Shown here: in pieces, positions 7,745-16,626 of the stretch | Layout: every line of letters begins with the position of its first letter | Numbering within the stretch: position 1 is the stretch's first letter | From: Promethearchaeota archaeon | Lineage (GTDB): Archaea > Asgardarchaeota > Lokiarchaeia > Sigyniarchaeales > SOKP01 | Assembly (NCBI GenBank): GCA_048941285.1 | Contig: JBHLNS010000048.1 | Coordinates: 1-23,747, forward strand | Direction of reading: 5' to 3' | DNA: 23,747 nucleotides | Position numbers and translations under genes: made by a program | The notes under the pieces: generated by a model | Databases searched by the model: none | The model's input: the letters and a program-made list of their open reading frames with translations, nothing else | What the model was told of the DNA's origin: nothing

Positions 7745-9430
7745 CTATTTTCTTCTTTTTTCAGCCTTTTTAGCTTCCTTGTCTCGGATCACTCGTCTTA
7801 GGACTTTACCTACTGCACTTTTTGGAAGCGAAGAAACAAATTTCACTACTCTTGGATATTTATATGCAGCCATATTTTTCTTCGACCAATCAATGATTTC
7901 TTGTTCAGTGATTTTTCCTTTAAATTCATTCCTAAGAATAATATGTACCATTATATTTTCACCCCTTTCTGGATCTTTAACACCGATTACAGCACATTCT
8001 TGAATTGCTGGATGTTCATACAAAATCTCTTCAATTTCTCTTGGATAAACACTATGCCCTTTATATTTTATCATGTCCTTAACTCGATCAATTAAGAAAA
8101 TATAGCCTTCTTCATCCAATTTTGCATAATCCCCTGTTCGTAGCCATTTATAACCCCCCGCTTTAAAAAATACCTTTTTATTCTCTTCAGGTCGATTATG
8201 ATACCCGAGCATAATCTGAGGGCCTGATGCAACTAATTCTCCAGGTTCTCCAATTGGTACAAAATTTAAATTTTCATCAATAATGCCAATTAAAGTACTA
8301 GCTATGGGAATACCACAACTTCCTAGCTTTTTCTTACTCCATGGAGGAGAATTTGAAACACAGACTGTTGATTCGCTTAAACCATATCCTTCTCCTAAAG
8401 GAAACCCAGTTTTCTGTTCCCATTCTTTTGCAACTTCAATTGGCATTGCAGATGCTCCTACATTGCAATATTTAAGATTAGAAAAATCAACATCTTTACT
8501 TAATGGGGAACCTAATATATTGATAAACATAGTAGGTACCCCAAGTATGAAATTAGCTTCTTTTTTTTTTATAGTCTCAATCATTCGAGGTATATCAAAT
8601 GTTGGAAAAATAATACCTTTCCCTCCATTTAAAGGACCTTGTAGAAGCTCACAAATTTGACCATATACATGATACCAGGGGAGCACAGAGAGTCCTATGA
8701 GATCTCCCTTAATATAATGTTCTTTCATATAATCTGAGATTTGTTTAATTTGTAAAAGATTTGATAGAGCATTATAATGAGATAGTTCAGCACCTTTTGG
8801 ATCACCTGTCGTACCACCTGTATATTGAATAATAGCAATATCTTTTTTTGGATCAATCTTTACCTTGAAATCTGCTATAGCTTTCGGGTTTGAATCCATC
8901 AATGTATTAAAATGGATTAATTTGTCTGTTTCGGGTATCTCAGGGACTTTTCCTTCTACATTCACTAAAATCACTTTTTCGAGATTTAATCGATTTTCAG
9001 CTTTCTTATATTCTCCATAAAATCTATCAATCATTATGAGATATTTTACGCCTGAATCTTCTATTTGATAAATCATCTCTCTTGCCACAAATAAGGGGCT
9101 AATTGCAGTTAAAGTAGCTCCAAGACCTAATGTGGCAAAATAGCAAATGCTAAAATGTGGGCAATTTGGTAACCAAAGTGCAACTACATCTCCCTTTTTT
9201 ATCCCTAATTTAAAGAGAGCGGTGGCAAATCTTCTTGTTAATTGATCCAATTCCCCATATGTGAATTCTCTTCCAAAGTAATCAAATGCTACTTTATGGG
9301 CATAATCCTTAGCGCCCGTTTCAAATACATCAATTAAAGATTTATCTTCAGGGATTTCTACTTCAATAGTCATCCCCTCGGGTAAATAATCCTTCCAAAT
9401 TCGATTTTTAATATAATCTGGTAGTTCCAT
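7745..9430 (-). CDS. fadD: Long-chain-fatty-acid--CoA ligase (FadD-like, ANL superfamily)
   Basis: YTGGTTGDPKG P-loop, GYGLSE, LRTGD, DRVKDMIKYKGHSVYPREIEE, LPKSAVGK. Confidence 0.9.
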   Translation of the reverse strand: MELPDYIKNRIWKDYLPEGMTIEVEIPEDKSLIDVFETGAKDYAHKVAFDYFGREFTYGELDQLTRRFATALFKLGIKKGDVVALWLPNCPHFSICYFATLGLGATLTAISPLFVAREMIYQIEDSGVKYLIMIDRFYGEYKKAENRLNLEKVILVNVEGKVPEIPETDKLIHFNTLMDSNPKAIADFKVKIDPKKDIAIIQYTGGTTGDPKGAELSHYNALSNLLQIKQISDYMKEHYIKGDLIGLSVLPWYHVYGQICELLQGPLNGGKGIIFPTFDIPRMIETIKKKEANFILGVPTMFINILGSPLSKDVDFSNLKYCNVGASAMPIEVAKEWEQKTGFPLGEGYGLSESTVCVSNSPPWSKKKLGSCGIPIASTLIGIIDENLNFVPIGEPGELVASGPQIMLGYHNRPEENKKVFFKAGGYKWLRTGDYAKLDEEGYIFLIDRVKDMIKYKGHSVYPREIEEILYEHPAIQECAVIGVKDPERGENIMVHIILRNEFKGKITEQEIIDWSKKNMAAYKYPRVVKFVSSLPKSAVGKVLRRVIRDKEAKKAEKRRK

Positions 9431-9617
9431 TTTTAGATTCTCTTATATAATATCATATTATTAATTAATGAATATAATATCAAAATTTAAATTTTTAATT
9501 CTCCATTTCTTTAATTTAACTTTACAAATGATTTTTTAATGATTTATTATTATACATTCACGTATCTTTGAAAAACTCAAAATAAAATTTCTAATTTTAA
9601 TTTATAGGTTTAATATT

Positions 9618-11234
9618 TTGAAATCACAAGAGGAGTTAGGCGTAGCAGTTCCGGCAAATAAACCATTGGTTGTTAGAACAATCAAACAAGTTACAAAAGA
9701 GCAACGTGAATATGTACTTAAAAAAACTGAATACAGTATGTTTTCCTTTCCTGCAGATTTAATTTTTGTAGACTTTTTATCTGATTCCGGCTCTGGAACG
9801 ATGACAGATTTTCAATGGGCTGCTCTTTTTCATGGAGATGAATCTTATGCACGCAATAAAGGATATTATGTTCTCTTGGAGGCAATAAGAGACACATTTG
9901 AAAGAGGTGATAATCCTAAAAAGTCAATAGATCTAATTCTTACAGGTGAAACTAATGTAAAAAAGCTCATGGATGAGCTATATATTACCTCATATGAGGG
10001 AGGATTTGTAAATGGAGGAAAATATCAACTAATTCGTCCTAATGCCTTTATTGTTCCACAAGGACGATGCGCTGAACACTTACTATTTTCAACCATCGCC
10101 CCTATTTTAAAAGAAAAAAAAGATGTTATATATTACATCCCAAATAATGGGCACTTTGACACAACAGAAGCAAATATAGTTGCGAATGGCATTCAAGCTG
10201 TAAATCTATTTTCAAAAAATTTATTCGATGATTTTCCTTATACTGAAATGGATAAAACTAACCCATTTAAAGGGAATATGGATATTGAAGCATTGGAAAA
10301 ATTAATTCAAGAAAAAGGAGTAGAAGCAATTCCATTGATTTACATTACAATTACTAATAACACAGCTGCAGGTCAACCGGTTTCAATGAAAAACATAAAA
10401 GAAGTTCATAAAATTGCCGAAAATTACGATATACCGTTGTTCTTTGATGCCTGTCGTTTTAGTGAAAATGCAAATTTTATTAAAGAATTTGAAGCTGGAT
10501 ATAAAAATTGGTCAATACAAAGAATTGTAAAAGAAATGTTTTCTTATGTTGATGGTTTCACTATAAGTTTCAAAAAAGATGGATTAGCCAATATGGGCGG
10601 TGGATTTTTCTTTAGGGACAAAGGAGTTTTTCATGAGAAGTTTTCCATCAATGGAGACATCGGGATTAGATTAAAAGAAAGACAAATACTAACATTTGGA
10701 AATGATTCTTATGGTGGAATGAGTGGTAGAGACATAATGGCTTTAGCAGCAGGTTTATATGAAGTAGTAAAAGAACCATATTTAAATGAAAGAAAGACGC
10801 AAGTAAGAGAGTTTGCCAGAAAACTCGCTCAGAATGGTATACCTGTTATTCTCCCCGCAGGAGGTCATGCAGTTTACATTAATATGGATAAATTTTTTGA
10901 GGGTACGGACATGAAAATCGATGATTTTGGGGGGGTAGGATTTACTATTGAACTATTAAGACATTATGGTATCAGAGCTGTAGAATTAGGTCCATTTGCT
11001 TTTGAATGGGATAAAAAGACACCTGAACAACAAAAAGGAATTTTGAATTTGGTGCGTTTTGCAATGCCTCGGAATGTGTATAGCACTTCTCATGTTGATT
11101 ATACTGTTGCTGCAATCACAGAAATTTATAATAATAAAGATAAAATTCCAAAAGTAAAGATTTCGCGAGGTGCAGAATTACGATTACGACATTTTCAAAC
11201 AGGTCTTCAGCCAATTTATAAAAAATCAGCATAA
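9618..11234 (+). CDS. tnaA: Tryptophanase (PLP beta-eliminating lyase) with an internal insertion
   Basis: DFLSDSG, GDESY, QGRCAE, HFDTT, FFDACRF and PLP-lysine motif SFKKD. RAVELG and LRHF are tryptophanase-type rather than tyrosine phenol-lyase-type (MERG / LRFF). TTG start. Confidence 0.8.
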   Translation: MKSQEELGVAVPANKPLVVRTIKQVTKEQREYVLKKTEYSMFSFPADLIFVDFLSDSGSGTMTDFQWAALFHGDESYARNKGYYVLLEAIRDTFERGDNPKKSIDLILTGETNVKKLMDELYITSYEGGFVNGGKYQLIRPNAFIVPQGRCAEHLLFSTIAPILKEKKDVIYYIPNNGHFDTTEANIVANGIQAVNLFSKNLFDDFPYTEMDKTNPFKGNMDIEALEKLIQEKGVEAIPLIYITITNNTAAGQPVSMKNIKEVHKIAENYDIPLFFDACRFSENANFIKEFEAGYKNWSIQRIVKEMFSYVDGFTISFKKDGLANMGGGFFFRDKGVFHEKFSINGDIGIRLKERQILTFGNDSYGGMSGRDIMALAAGLYEVVKEPYLNERKTQVREFARKLAQNGIPVILPAGGHAVYINMDKFFEGTDMKIDDFGGVGFTIELLRHYGIRAVELGPFAFEWDKKTPEQQKGILNLVRFAMPRNVYSTSHVDYTVAAITEIYNNKDKIPKVKISRGAELRLRHFQTGLQPIYKKSA

Positions 11235-11320
11235 AAAGCGGATTTATTTAAAAATCAATTAAAATTAAATTAAAATTTCTAAATACTCTTAAAAAGATTA
11301 AAAAGGTTAGATTAGAAAAA

Positions 11321-11680
11321 TTAAATATCTAACATCCTTAGCTTTTGTGAGATATTCTTCCTTCTAAGAATTTTCATGAAATCGTCTTTTCTCTGTTGTA
11401 ATCGTGTTAGAAACGAATCAAGTTTATCAAAATTATTAAAAAAATATTCTTTGCCTTCTACCATAATTTTGACACCTTTCCTTTCGTTTTGAAGAATTGC
11501 ATAAATTCCCCCTACTTCTGAATCATGCTTAATAAACACTTTTTCCGCCTCAGGATACTTTTCATTTCCTTTTTTTGCCCAAAAATTATTTTTTAATAAA
11601 TATGATCGATACATACTCATTTTACAACACACAACCTTTATTCTATAATTATGATGAGTCATCGAGATATGCTTATTCAT
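11321..11680 (-). CDS. Small hypothetical protein (true start probably the ATG near 11620, MSMYRSYLL...)
   Basis: ORF converging on tnaA with plausible composition and no recognisable motif. The N-terminal extension overlaps a palindrome and looks non-coding. Confidence 0.55.
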   Translation of the reverse strand: MNKHISMTHHNYRIKVVCCKMSMYRSYLLKNNFWAKKGNEKYPEAEKVFIKHDSEVGGIYAILQNERKGVKIMVEGKEYFFNNFDKLDSFLTRLQQRKDDFMKILRRKNISQKLRMLDI

Positions 11681-12045
11681 ATGCTCAATATGACTATCGA
11701 CATATAGCTCCTAGTAATATAAACTTCAAGTCAATTATAACTCCGTGTAATATGCAAAGAACATATCACATAGATAATATACTGCTTTTACTTTATATTA
11801 CACAAGAAAAATAGTCACAGAAAATCCTTATAAATCACTAAGTAAAAAGCCCAGAACCATTTACTAAAAAATTTTTACTTGGGGTCAATTCAAAAAAAAT
11901 TCAATTGGAAAATTTGGCTATTAGAATACGAAAAAATAATACTTGGTAAATACTGGAAAAACAATACATATTTATAAGAAAATAATTGAATGGAAGACTA
12001 GTAAATAAAAAAATGAAGGAGAAATTATTAAGATTAAATCTCAAA

Positions 12046-12837
12046 TTAAGGGTATTTTTCATTTAAACCCTTTATGAAATCCTCTAATTCTTTCATCGTA
12101 AATTTCTTTGGGTTATACGCAACCTTCCCACACTCATCTTCTAAATCCATGCACGATTTAATATAGGCCTTATTCATAATTCTTAGCATAGTCTTGGTGA
12201 AAAAGCTAAATTCTTTTTGATATTTTGCTATTTGCTTAGCGAAATTATAAGTTTCAGCTTCAAGTTCTTCAAGTGGAAAAATGCGGGTTGGAAAGTTAAT
12301 ATTCTTTAGTTCCTCTAAACCAATTTTATCAGTGGTAAAAAGTAAATTCTTAGCATATGTTAAACCAAATGCTAATAAAGGTAAAAGAGTTGCTCCAGTT
12401 TGAGGAAAAGCAGAAATAGCTAGTTCTGGTAATCTTAAATATAATTCTTCCTTAGATCTATCGGCAAAAACCTTCAAATCAGAAGCCAAAATTATCATAA
12501 ATCCAAACCCTATCGCGATACCTTGAACTTGAGTAATGATTGTTTTTTTCATAAGAATTATGGTTTCATTTACTTTTCTACCCCATTCAGTTATCTGTAC
12601 CACATTTTCAGGAGCACCCTGAATCTCTTTGAGATCATAGCCAGCAGAAAAAAACCTTTCGCCTTTACTCTTTATAATAATACATTCAACTTTCTCATCT
12701 TCATCTGCTTTTATCAAATTTTGATGTATTGCTTTTAGCATCGAAATATTACATGAATTTGCTTTATCTGGTCTATTTATTGTTAAGGTTGCAATACGCC
12801 CCTTTGCTTCATACAGGATAAAATCTTGATCACTCAT
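12046..12837 (-). CDS. Enoyl-CoA hydratase/isomerase (crotonase) family protein
   Basis: IATLTINRPDKANS, FFSAGYDLKE, VQGIAIGFG, ASDL, LPE. Confidence 0.88.
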   Translation of the reverse strand: MSDQDFILYEAKGRIATLTINRPDKANSCNISMLKAIHQNLIKADEDEKVECIIIKSKGERFFSAGYDLKEIQGAPENVVQITEWGRKVNETIILMKKTIITQVQGIAIGFGFMIILASDLKVFADRSKEELYLRLPELAISAFPQTGATLLPLLAFGLTYAKNLLFTTDKIGLEELKNINFPTRIFPLEELEAETYNFAKQIAKYQKEFSFFTKTMLRIMNKAYIKSCMDLEDECGKVAYNPKKFTMKELEDFIKGLNEKYP

Positions 12838-13004
12838 AATATCTTTAACACTAAATTTAATTTAAAACATATTAAATTTGTAAGATAAATTTACAACAAG
12901 AAAATTGAGTAAAATCCATATGCAATAACTTTTAATTTAAAAATAACTAACCTTTTACTAACTTAAAACTAGTCTATATTGCAAATTTTATTAGAAACTA
13001 AGAA

Positions 13005-13748
13005 ATGGATCTAAGAATTATAAAAAAATCTATAGTTGTCATTTTGAGTATTTTTTTAATTTTAATCTCATCAATACCTAACTCATTAGGGAATAATTAT
13101 AATTACGGCGTTGAGGAAGGAGAAGAACACATTTGGACAGTTATGATAGGTAATCCTGCTATTTTACTAAGCCAAGGGTCGAAATTTAGAGTAGTTGTCG
13201 AAGATATTTATAATGGAACGTGGATTGAGGCCACTTCCTATTACAAAGGGACAATACTAAATTATTCGATTGAAGTCTATAGCACGTTTTACACCAATCC
13301 TGTATGGGCTTTAGTATTCAACGGAAGTGCAATGTTTTTCAATGAGACTACAAGGAATTTGTACACAGGATTTACAACTGATTGGCATATTGCACTTTTT
13401 GGTATGTTATTTTTTGTCCCAACACCATTAAACCTGACTTGGATAGGTGATTATTTAAATCGAACTTCTTTATTTCTATTTGATGATTATTCTATCAATG
13501 GAAATACCTTAACAATGCAAAATGTTACTTCTAGTATTGATTTCTCTTTCAATTTTAATAATAATGGTACTTTAACAGAATATAAAGTAAGTTTAGGAGA
13601 TTCAATTGGATATCATATAAAATATGGCAATATTCCTATAATAAATCAAATTTCCTTTGGGAGTTATTATCTATTCTTTATTCCATGTACAATAGTAATA
13701 ACTTTTGCTTTTATCCATCATAAATTTAAAAAAAGGAATCATACCTAG
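13005..13748 (+). CDS. Secreted/surface protein with N-terminal signal peptide and C-terminal membrane anchor
   Basis: Starts with IIKK plus a hydrophobic stretch. Many N-x-S/T sequons (NGT, NYS, NGS, NET, NLT, NRT, NVT). Ends ISFGSYY, hydrophobic helix, KFKKR. Confidence 0.75.
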   Translation: MDLRIIKKSIVVILSIFLILISSIPNSLGNNYNYGVEEGEEHIWTVMIGNPAILLSQGSKFRVVVEDIYNGTWIEATSYYKGTILNYSIEVYSTFYTNPVWALVFNGSAMFFNETTRNLYTGFTTDWHIALFGMLFFVPTPLNLTWIGDYLNRTSLFLFDDYSINGNTLTMQNVTSSIDFSFNFNNNGTLTEYKVSLGDSIGYHIKYGNIPIINQISFGSYYLFFIPCTIVITFAFIHHKFKKRNHT

Positions 13749-14154
13749 TATCCTAGAATTTATTATATCACTTTTATCATCTTAAAATTATAAAAATACT
13801 GATTTTAAATAATTAGACCACCGTTTAATGTATTTTATCTAACATAGGTATTTGGATATTATTGGATTTTTAATTGGTTGTTTATCAAATCATTCTAATA
13901 ATTTCAGACTATTGATGCTAATATACAAAAAAGTTAAGCAGAATATACAAAATTGAAAAAAATATTGAAATATTGAACGATTTCGAAAATAATTATGTGA
14001 TAAAGTGATTATTTTCGTTCATATAAAGAAAGATCTAAAATGTTAGTATTATCATAACGGAAAATGTCTGAAACAATTGAATTCAAATATATTAATGGAT
14101 AACTATATAATTGCAGTTGCAAGGGAGAAATGTGTATTTTTCAGCACATAAGGG

Positions 14155-14475
14155 TTGAGGTGGTATAGGCTAAAATTGATCTCAGAAGTAGAGTTTTTTG
14201 GTGAAATTCTTGAAGATTTTTTGGGTTTGGATGGCAATTTCTATGAGAATGAATTATGGACTTCACATTCAATCATTAAATTAATGCACACTTCAGATGA
14301 ATTTGAAGATATAAATATTGTAGAAGAAGGGTTAAATATTATCATCAACTTAAGTAAATTTAAAGAATCCGGTGCTTTATCTGACTATTATGAAAAAGAA
14401 AGTCATCCTGTTAATGAATTAGCACAATCAGAAAAAACTCTAATTGGATCAATTTTGAAAGCGGAATTTATTTAA
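14155..14475 (+). CDS. Hypothetical acidic protein, possibly the 3' part of an eroded gene
   Basis: TTG start just after an in-frame TAA. An upstream ATG at 14064, in another frame, opens a protein-like stretch interrupted by a stop. Overlaps the convergent PUA gene by 8 bp. Confidence 0.35.
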   Translation: MRWYRLKLISEVEFFGEILEDFLGLDGNFYENELWTSHSIIKLMHTSDEFEDINIVEEGLNIIINLSKFKESGALSDYYEKESHPVNELAQSEKTLIGSILKAEFI

Positions 14476-14974
14476 ACTGCTTCTCAAATTCCCATATAGA
14501 ATCTTGAATTGTGTGAAGATTCTTTAAAACTTTTCCAGAATCTTTTAATTCCATTTCTGAAGCATCAAATAATGCTTTACCAACAGCTAAGGCTCTATTT
14601 TTTGTTTCTTCGACTATACTCACAATATCTCCTTTTTTAATAGAAGGATCTATCTTAGTTATTCCTGGACGCATTATATCAGCACCATTTGTGACATATC
14701 GAACAGCACCGAAGTCTACGATAATAGTCTTCATATCTATCTGGTTATTTAATAACAAAGTCAAAACAGGGATGTATCCTTCCTTGGATTTCCATAATTT
14801 TAATATATTGTTAACTACGAATAAAGTATCTCCTGTTTCTGTTTCAATAACTTCAACATTACATTTGTTAGGAAAAATCTGATTAACAAATTTTTGATCA
14901 TAATGCTTCGAAATTTCATCTTTTAAAGGTTTAAGTTCGGATTTTCGAATGAAATGCCTATTTTTTATCTTCAT
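14468..14974 (-). CDS. PUA-domain RNA-binding protein (archaeal DUF1947+PUA; MCT-1/Tma20-like)
   Basis: N-terminal KIKNRHFIRKSELK, PUA motif IVDFGAVRYVTNGADIMRPGI, and GKVLKNLHTIQDSIW. Confidence 0.9.
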   Translation of the reverse strand: MKIKNRHFIRKSELKPLKDEISKHYDQKFVNQIFPNKCNVEVIETETGDTLFVVNNILKLWKSKEGYIPVLTLLLNNQIDMKTIIVDFGAVRYVTNGADIMRPGITKIDPSIKKGDIVSIVEETKNRALAVGKALFDASEMELKDSGKVLKNLHTIQDSIWEFEKQFK

Positions 14975-15033
14975 TTCTTAAATTAGAAGTAAAATTTTCT
15001 AAAATAAAAATCTTTTAATTTAAAATTATAAAA

Positions 15034-15588
15034 ATGATTATTATGAGTAAAGTTTTTACTTCTGCTGTTGTAATAATTCCGCCAGAAGCTAAATGGGTAC
15101 CAATCCAAAAAATTCGTATAAAATTTGATCGCCAATTTAATCGATGGATGCCTCATATTATATTATTATATCCATTTAGATCGGAAAATGAATATCCAAA
15201 ACTTGAAAAAGATTTTTCCAATAAGTGCAAAACTATTGAAACTTTTAAAATTCATTTAAAGAACTTCAATTATTTTAACCATGGGAAACAGAGATATACC
15301 TTATGGTTAAAACCAGAACCAATTGAATTAATTACTAATCTGCAATTAAAAATTCTAAAGATTGTGCCAGATTGTAATGATGTAAATAAATATAAACATG
15401 GATTTAGACCTCATTTGAGTGTAGGACAAATACAAGGTAGAAAAAATATCATAGATATCATGACGACTTTACAGAACACCTGGAATAAAATTCATTTTCC
15501 CTTAAATGAAATATTTTTTATATCTCGAGAGAGGAGTAAAACTTCAAAATTTGAAATTAAAAAACGAATTAAACTTAAAAAAGAATGA
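15034..15588 (+). CDS. 2H phosphoesterase / 2'-5' RNA ligase family protein
   Basis: SAVVIIPP...IQKIR...DRQFNRWMPHIILLYPF and FRPHLSVGQ are the two H-x-(T/S) positions; the first is degenerate. Confidence 0.8.
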   Translation: MIIMSKVFTSAVVIIPPEAKWVPIQKIRIKFDRQFNRWMPHIILLYPFRSENEYPKLEKDFSNKCKTIETFKIHLKNFNYFNHGKQRYTLWLKPEPIELITNLQLKILKIVPDCNDVNKYKHGFRPHLSVGQIQGRKNIIDIMTTLQNTWNKIHFPLNEIFFISRERSKTSKFEIKKRIKLKKE

Positions 15589-15666
15589 TTAAAATTTTTA
15601 TATTCGTAACTCATTAATTAATTAATTAAAAACTTAAAATTTTCAAAAAGATACTTTATCAAAATC

Positions 15667-16248
15667 ATGACGGATGATAAGGGAAAGGGAGACATTGTCT
15701 TTCAAGGAAGAACTGAGATGATATTTAAGATAATAGTCATCGGAGACCCTGCGGTCGGAAAAACAAGCCTTTTAACAAATTTCTGTGGTGAAAAATTTAC
15801 CTATGAATATGTACCGACAGTAGGAGTAAATATTACTAAGGAACCAGTCACAATTAAGGATGATATGGGTAAAGATGCCACTGTAAATCTTATGATTTGG
15901 GACATTGCAGGACAACCACAATTTTACATGTTACATCGACCTTATTTTAATGGGGCTGATGGAATGATGTTAGTTTATGATATAACTCGCTCAAGCTCAT
16001 TTTCTAATATAAACAATTGGTGGAGTACTAGCGTTAAGTATGGGTTATCATCGATCCCTCGTATCCTAATAGGGAATAAGGTTGATTTAAAAGACGAAAG
16101 AAAGATTATATTACCTATGGCTGAACATTTAAGTGAAAAATTAGCTGCACCTTTTTTTGAAACTTCAACATTAACGGGAGAAAATGTAAAATTAATCTTT
16201 CAGAAAATAGCTGAACTCACTTTACGTTCAAAACTAGAAGAAAAATAA
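15667..16248 (+). CDS. Rab-like small GTPase (Ras superfamily)
   Basis: G1 GDPAVGKT, G2 YVPTVG, G3 IWDIAGQ, G4 GNKVD, G5 FETST, and a Rab-like YFNGADGMMLVYDIT. No C-terminal cysteines. Confidence 0.93.
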   Translation: MTDDKGKGDIVFQGRTEMIFKIIVIGDPAVGKTSLLTNFCGEKFTYEYVPTVGVNITKEPVTIKDDMGKDATVNLMIWDIAGQPQFYMLHRPYFNGADGMMLVYDITRSSSFSNINNWWSTSVKYGLSSIPRILIGNKVDLKDERKIILPMAEHLSEKLAAPFFETSTLTGENVKLIFQKIAELTLRSKLEEK

Positions 16249-16385
16249 TAATTATTTTTCCGGGCCAATTATTATAATTTCCTTTTTTAATTAATTTCTT
16301 TTAAATGATGCTATTTTTGATGCAAATGTATCTATATTATGCTATCATGAGGGAATTCGAAAATTCACAAAGTAATTTTTTACCT

Positions 16386-16511
16386 ATGCTCGAAAGAAAA
16401 ATTGAAATTAATGCTCCCTTTTTTGAAACTTCGGGGTTAACAGGGGAGAATATCTAGTTTATTTTTCAAAAAATTACGGTACTTACTTTACGAGCAAAAT
16501 TAGAAGAATAA
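16386..16511 (+). pseudogene. Chimeric gene remnant: SRPBCC-like N-terminus fused to a diverged copy of the Rab C-terminus, with an in-frame TAG
   Basis: Reads MLERKIEINAPFFETSGLTGENI*FIFQKITVLTLRAKLEE*. From APFF onward 25 of 32 residues match the adjacent GTPase C-terminus. KIEINAP is identical to residues 7-13 of the downstream gene. Confidence 0.8.
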
Positions 16512-16615
16512 AGTATTCTTTTTTAAAACTCTACTTTTATATTCTTTATTATAAATATTAATTTTGACAGTAATGTATAAAAACAAAAATGACTTTAAGT
16601 ACACTATAAATTTAT

Positions 16616-16622
16616 GAGGTGA
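16616..16622 (+). promoter_or_regulatory. Shine-Dalgarno-like ribosome-binding site
   Basis: GAGGTGA 4 nt upstream of the ATG at 16627. Confidence 0.65.
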
Positions 16623-16626
16623 GTAT

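Noticed and set aside
7196-8660. Plus-strand ORFs 7196-7387, 7779-8003, 7901-8095 and 8283-8660
   Set aside because: All lie antisense within hypD or fadD, whose motifs are unambiguous.
11575-11814. 79-aa plus-strand ORF
   Set aside because: TTG start, overlaps the minus-strand gene and a palindrome, and has an unnatural Tyr/Asn/Ile-rich composition.
11850-12045. Purine-rich, protein-like spacer between the small hypothetical gene and the crotonase
   Set aside because: The plus-strand frames I translated are interrupted by stops, and I recognised no family.
12523-14882. ORFs 12523-12738 and 14691-14882
   Set aside because: Antisense shadows of the crotonase and PUA genes.
16455-16457. In-frame TAG as pyrrolysine readthrough
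   Set aside because: It replaces a Lys codon in a fragment lacking G1-G4 and no pyl genes are in the window, so a simple nonsense mutation is more likely.
16147-16511. Rab 3' end and its copy as a diversity-generating retroelement VR/TR pair
   Set aside because: Differences are mostly synonymous third-position changes rather than adenine-specific, and no reverse transcriptase is present.
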